A stretch of DNA of 28,424 nt from a virus (Duplodnaviria; Caudoviricetes): IMG/VR virus record IMGVR_UViG_3300042348_000330, positions 1 to 28,424 of that record; one strand, 5' to 3'. A model generated the notes under the pieces. It ran no database searches. It saw only the letters and a list, made by a program, of their open reading frames with translations, and had not been told where the DNA came from. Position numbers and translations under genes: made by a program. Position 1 is the stretch's first letter; every line of letters begins with the position of its first letter. Positions 24,482 to 28,424 of the stretch are shown one piece after another.

Positions 24482-24810
24482 TACGCGACCTCCTTGTCTG
24501 CTTCAATTGCATACTTTGCAATTGTGTCGTACTCTCTCATCCCCCAATTGAGAAGCAATTGCCGTAGCAAATTGACAGCCGATTGAGGTATCTCTTCTTC
24601 CACTTGACTAATTACATTAGTCACCATCGTTTCGTAGTCGTACTTGATTACATCGCTGATGGTTGCGACGTTACCTTGGAACACGCGAGTCATCTGGATG
24701 AGGTCATCCCATGCTTCTTGGTCATTCTCGATTACCGATAGGTAATCGTTTACGAATACATCACTTGCTAAAGCAAGTCTTCCTTCTCCTTCTACGTGCT
24801 TTGCTGGCAT
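24481..24810 (-). CDS. Hypothetical protein, 109 aa
   Basis: Start moved to MPAKHVE (GGAG RBS, TAATG overlap). Confidence 0.7.
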   Translation of the reverse strand: MPAKHVEGEGRLALASDVFVNDYLSVIENDQEAWDDLIQMTRVFQGNVATISDVIKYDYETMVTNVISQVEEEIPQSAVNLLRQLLLNWGMREYDTIAKYAIEADKEVA

Positions 24811-24995
24811 TAGATTTCTCCATTCTCTTGTAGTTTTCCGATGGCATTTGCCATCGCTTCTTGCCATGTGTATCCTTCTCCTCCACCTACGAAGGTTTCC
24901 CAGTCATTGAGTTTGAAGAACTCAACGTAGTATCTTGTCCCGCGAGGGGCGTTCTCATCTTCTTGGTGGTTCAGTTGTACCTTGTAGTCCATCAT
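24810..24995 (-). CDS. Hypothetical protein, 61 aa
   Basis: GAGG RBS; ATGA overlap. Confidence 0.65.
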   Translation of the reverse strand: MMDYKVQLNHQEDENAPRGTRYYVEFFKLNDWETFVGGGEGYTWQEAMANAIGKLQENGEI

Positions 24996-25165
24996 CGTTC
25001 CTCTCGAATTGTTGTTGCCCAGTGTTGCTCTATATCTGCAGACCTACGGTCTGCTATCTTGATGTCCACGTAGTCCCATACGAGAGCCACGAGTAGGATG
25101 CCAATCACGCTGAAGAGAATTCCAATTGCGAGGAAGTCTCCCCAATAGAGTCCATAACCGTTCAT
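24992..25165 (-). CDS. Small single-TM membrane protein, 57 aa
   Basis: GGAG RBS before MNGYGLYWGD; hydrophobic stretch FLAIGILFSVIGILLVALVW. Confidence 0.7.
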   Translation of the reverse strand: MNGYGLYWGDFLAIGILFSVIGILLVALVWDYVDIKIADRRSADIEQHWATTIREER

Positions 25166-25215
25166 AACTTTTCTCCAATCTGCCGACCGACTTTCGGCTG
25201 GCTCCCCTTTAATAA

Positions 25216-25237
25216 GCAAAGCTTTGCTTTGCTATCT
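25216..25237 (-). repeat. Hairpin repeat element, copy 3
   Basis: Minus strand AGATA-GCAAAGC-AAA-GCTTTGC followed by TTATTAAA. Confidence 0.9.
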
Positions 25238-25433
25238 TGAGATGTGCATGCGCCTGCATCATGGCGCCCGCCTGTTAGTAGCCAATACGCGTGAGGTATT
25301 AGTAGTCCATATACGTGCATGCAGGTCTGCCCGCGCATACGTATGTATGCAGCGGTGTGTATGTGTGGGGTGTGTGTTCATGTATGTATGACATGACCAA
25401 CAGGCTCACGACACGCTTCCTGTCCGTCTGAAT

Positions 25434-25463
25434 TTGACATCTTTGGGGCTCATCGTGTAAGAT
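25434..25463 (+). promoter_or_regulatory. SigA/sigma70-type promoter
   Basis: TTGACA (25434-25439), 18-nt spacer, TAAGAT (25458-25463), upstream of ORF 25516. Confidence 0.7.
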
Positions 25464-25515
25464 GGTTCCATCAATCGGCGCTGGGCTGGTTGATAACTAA
25501 CCGAAAGGCAAGACA

Positions 25516-25779
25516 ATGAACGCATGGACACACGATGATTTACTAGTAAATCTCAAGGATGAAGTTAACGAAGTTAAGAATTTCTACAACGTACCTTCGC
25601 TCGACCATGTACCCGATTTCGAATTAACCTCGCTCAAGTACGCTCAACTAGGTGACCTAGTTCCACTAGGTAAAGGCAAGGTCGGTATCGTTTTCGACTA
25701 CGTCGAAAGCTTCGGCGTACGCGAGTTGAGCATCGTCGCTTCAAATCTCCGCGTGGTTCTCAAGCGAGTAAGCGCATGA
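25516..25779 (+). CDS. Hypothetical protein, 87 aa
   Basis: AACCGAAAGG RBS; follows the promoter. Confidence 0.7.
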   Translation: MNAWTHDDLLVNLKDEVNEVKNFYNVPSLDHVPDFELTSLKYAQLGDLVPLGKGKVGIVFDYVESFGVRELSIVASNLRVVLKRVSA

Positions 25780-25967
25780 GGGCAATCGCGTGTGACGATA
25801 ACAGCACTCTCGCGGTGGTACGCGATGGTAAGTTAGACATCTACACGCTCATCGGCGAAGCCGACACGCCCAAGGATTTGACAAGTCAGAGTGTATATAC
25901 ACTCCTTCACTCCATAGACGAGCCCGATAGTGAGGCGCGTATATATGAGTGGTTCAGGGCTCTATAG
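25776..25967 (+). CDS. Hypothetical protein, 63 aa
   Basis: ATGA overlap with the previous gene. Confidence 0.6.
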   Translation: MRAIACDDNSTLAVVRDGKLDIYTLIGEADTPKDLTSQSVYTLLHSIDEPDSEARIYEWFRAL

Positions 25968-26039
25968 ATAGTCAAGCCCCTCTTCCGCTTCCGCGAGGAC
26001 GGTGGGGGAGGGGTTCGCCCATCTAGGGAAGATTTACGC

Positions 26040-26070
26040 GGGGCAGGGGGCAACCCTTGCCCCTTTTTTT
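26040..26070 (+). terminator. Intrinsic terminator
   Basis: GGGGCAGGGG-GCAA-CCCTTGCCCC followed by T7. Confidence 0.88.
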
Positions 26071-26369
26071 GTGTGTTTTACCCTAGCCGACCCCCAGGAT
26101 GTTTAACCCCACCCCCCACCCGCCCCCCACTATCAACCAAAATATTTTCACCAGAACCAGGCTCTGACCTGCACTTTTAAAAATAATTAAAAATATTTAC
26201 CAAAACCCCTTGAGACACGCCCACTCTCTAGACCCCTATATAAGTGTAACGGCGAAGTTCCACTGAGCCGTAAACGGCAGTCTTAACGACTGCCTTTATT
26301 GGTAAATAAGCTTATGTGGGGATACCTCTGTCTGGACCCCTGTAGACCCCTACAGATACTGGAGTAGAG

Positions 26370-28259
26370 TTGGAAAGAAATCTAACCCCCGAAGAGGCTC
26401 GTAAAGAACTCATCGACTTGGTACGCCAAGGGCGCACCATCGCCGATGCCCTAAAGGTTATTGGTCGCTCTCGCTCTTGGTATGATACCCAACGGCGCGA
26501 AGCTCAAGGCTTCGCTGCCTACGTAGACAATGCTCGGTTTAGAACAGCAGACCTCGCAGAAGATGCTCGGTCTGGTCTATCTGACTTTGCCGAATTCTCC
26601 GAGAAGTATCTTGGTGCGAAAGTTTGGGACCACATGCTTAACGTGGTCGATATGTTAGAGGGCAGAGAGCCCCGCTGGATTGAACCAGCAATGACTTACG
26701 AAAAAGGCTCTGGCGGTCTATCTCGTTTGCTGGTAAACGTACCACCAAACCACGCCAAGACGATGACCATCACGATTAACTACGTGACTTACCGTATCGT
26801 CAAGAATCCTAACATCTCGGTTATCGTAATTTCGAAAACCCAGGAACAGGCAAAGAAGTTTCTCTACGCTATTAAGCAGCGTTTAACGCATCCGCGTTAC
26901 GCTGACTTACAAGCTGCCTTCGGTCCAGCCGATGGCTACAAAGCTACCGCTGACCAATGGTCGGCTAATAAGATTTACCTTGGCGGAGATATCCGCGACA
27001 ACGACGCTAAAGACCCTACGGTCGAAGCTATCGGTATGGGCGGTCAGGTCTACGGCGCACGTGCAGACCTAATCGTGCTAGACGACGTTGTGACGTTGTC
27101 GAACGCCAATGAATGGGCGAAGCAACAAGAATGGATTAGGCAGGAAGTTGCCTCACGTCTCCCACCAGGAGGCGGTCAGCTTCTCGTAGTCGGTACTCGT
27201 GTATCAGCAGTCGACTTGTATAAAGAACTTCGCAACCCCCAGCATTACACGGATGGTGTACTTCCGTGGTCATATTTGTCCATGCCAGCAGTACTTGAAT
27301 ACGCTGACAATCCAAAGGATTGGAAAACCCTTTGGGCTAAATCAGAGCAACCTCTTACAGACACTGACGTGCCTGACGAGAATGGTTACTTTGACCGATG
27401 GACAGGCGAACGCTTAACGGCGGTTCGCAACGAGGCAGGACCATCCAAATGGTCTTTGGTTTACCAAAACCTCGATATCGCGGAGAATGCAATCTTCGAC
27501 CCGATGTGCGTCAGAGGCGCAGTCAATGGAATGAGAAAATCGGGTGCGCTTATTGCAGGCGCAGCGGGACATCCTGATAATGCACAGAACTTCTATCGCA
27601 TTATTGGTATTGACCCAGCGATGTCTGGCGACACCGCAGCTGTAGCTTACGCAGTTGACCGCAGAACCCACAAGCGCTATGTCATGGACGTTCACGTCAT
27701 GAGCAGCCCCACACCTGCAGCAATTCGCTCCTTGATAAGAGAGTGGACGGATGCGTACAAACCGCATACCGTTATCGTTGAGTCAAACGCTTTTCAGCTT
27801 TTCTTAACACAGGACGAGGAAATTAGAAACTTCCTCGCCACACGTGGTATTAATTACCGACCACATTACACAGGTAATAACAAGCAAGACCCAGAGTTTG
27901 GCGTAGCCTCACTCGCACCGTTGTTCGGTACCGTCATTAAGCGAGACGGTAACAACAACAACTTGAAACATGCAGGCGACAACATGATTGAGTTGCCAGA
28001 CAGTTCAAGAAATGAACATATTAAAAAGCTAGTAGAACAACTTGTAACCTGGCAGCCAGGAGTACAAGGCAAACGATTAAAGATGGACGCCGTGATGGCG
28101 TTATGGTTCTGTGAAATCGTAGCCCGTGATGTTCTACTTACTTCAGCAAATGTACCAAACTTCCTCAAAAACGAATTCACACCTCGTTCCGAGATTGAGT
28201 CTAGGTACATCGTCAACTTAGATGACTTAGCTGCAGCGCAGCGAATAGTGAGATTGTGA
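26370..28259 (+). CDS. terL: Terminase large subunit with N-terminal HTH extension, 629 aa
   Basis: Walker A-like VPPNHAKT, G.RADLIVLDD, VGTR coupling motif, YQN, GIDPA..GD, ESNAFQ, and D..MALW; GGAG RBS with TTG start. Confidence 0.9.
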   Translation: MERNLTPEEARKELIDLVRQGRTIADALKVIGRSRSWYDTQRREAQGFAAYVDNARFRTADLAEDARSGLSDFAEFSEKYLGAKVWDHMLNVVDMLEGREPRWIEPAMTYEKGSGGLSRLLVNVPPNHAKTMTITINYVTYRIVKNPNISVIVISKTQEQAKKFLYAIKQRLTHPRYADLQAAFGPADGYKATADQWSANKIYLGGDIRDNDAKDPTVEAIGMGGQVYGARADLIVLDDVVTLSNANEWAKQQEWIRQEVASRLPPGGGQLLVVGTRVSAVDLYKELRNPQHYTDGVLPWSYLSMPAVLEYADNPKDWKTLWAKSEQPLTDTDVPDENGYFDRWTGERLTAVRNEAGPSKWSLVYQNLDIAENAIFDPMCVRGAVNGMRKSGALIAGAAGHPDNAQNFYRIIGIDPAMSGDTAAVAYAVDRRTHKRYVMDVHVMSSPTPAAIRSLIREWTDAYKPHTVIVESNAFQLFLTQDEEIRNFLATRGINYRPHYTGNNKQDPEFGVASLAPLFGTVIKRDGNNNNLKHAGDNMIELPDSSRNEHIKKLVEQLVTWQPGVQGKRLKMDAVMALWFCEIVARDVLLTSANVPNFLKNEFTPRSEIESRYIVNLDDLAAAQRIVRL

Positions 28260-28263
28260 CTTC

Positions 28264-28424
28264 ATGAAAGAATTCGTACAAGCTTTTGAGCAATTAAAAG
28301 CTAGAAACGCCGAGCGCGATAAGCGCATGCGCGAGGTAGCTTTAGTTCGTGCTGGTCAAGCAGACCAAGTATTTCGTGGCTTGTTCCCAGAAGGAACTTG
28401 GTCACGTCCAATCATTGCTAACCT
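28264..28424 (+). CDS. Probable portal protein, N-terminus (3' truncated)
   Basis: MKEFVQAFEQLKARNAERDKRMREVALVRAG...PIIAN is open to the window end, directly after terL. Confidence 0.65.
   Translation, partial: MKEFVQAFEQLKARNAERDKRMREVALVRAGQADQVFRGLFPEGTWSRPIIAN

Noticed and set aside
22872-25237. Hairpin repeats as a CRISPR array
   Set aside because: Copies are 1.0-1.3 kb apart and separated by whole genes, not by spacers.
25878-25903. Second TTGACA with nearby GACACGCC inside ORF 25776-25967
   Set aside because: The best -10-like hexamer (TACACT) is only 14 nt away and the site is coding; not called as a promoter.
25238-26369. tRNA or known ribozyme in the non-coding regions
   Set aside because: I could not find a cloverleaf with a T-loop (GTTCRA) or a hammerhead core by eye; tRNAscan and Rfam searches would settle it.

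Overview
AT-moderate tailed dsDNA phage segment (Caudoviricetes, probably podovirus-like). The host is most likely an actinobacterium, judged from WhiB, a GP88-like protein, GAAAGGAG-type RBSs and a probable leaderless transcript. A low-GC freshwater lineage is my inference only. The window runs from the middle of the major capsid gene to the start of the portal gene, so it may be most of a circularly permuted genome. Order: (1) 1-12052 (+) virion and lysis genes, including small Lys-rich ORFs, an Ala/Ser/Thr-rich tail fibre, six paralogous ~170-200 aa tail proteins arranged as a duplicated triplet (ABC-A'B'C'), holin and an M15-type endolysin. (2) 12231-19850 (+) replication and regulation genes: a Cas4/RecB-like nuclease split by an inserted Zn-finger gene, DnaB-like helicase, WhiB, resolvase, transglycosylase, a primase split by an inserted HslV/proteasome-beta-like protease, EndoVII, sigma-like factor and glycosyltransferase. 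No DNA polymerase is recognisable. (3) 19867-25237 (-) small 'early' genes, punctuated by three copies of a covarying hairpin plus extended-RBS element. (4) 25238-26369, a divergent, largely non-coding, structure-rich region. (5) Terminase large subunit and portal start. All product calls come from motif recognition by eye; no searches were run.
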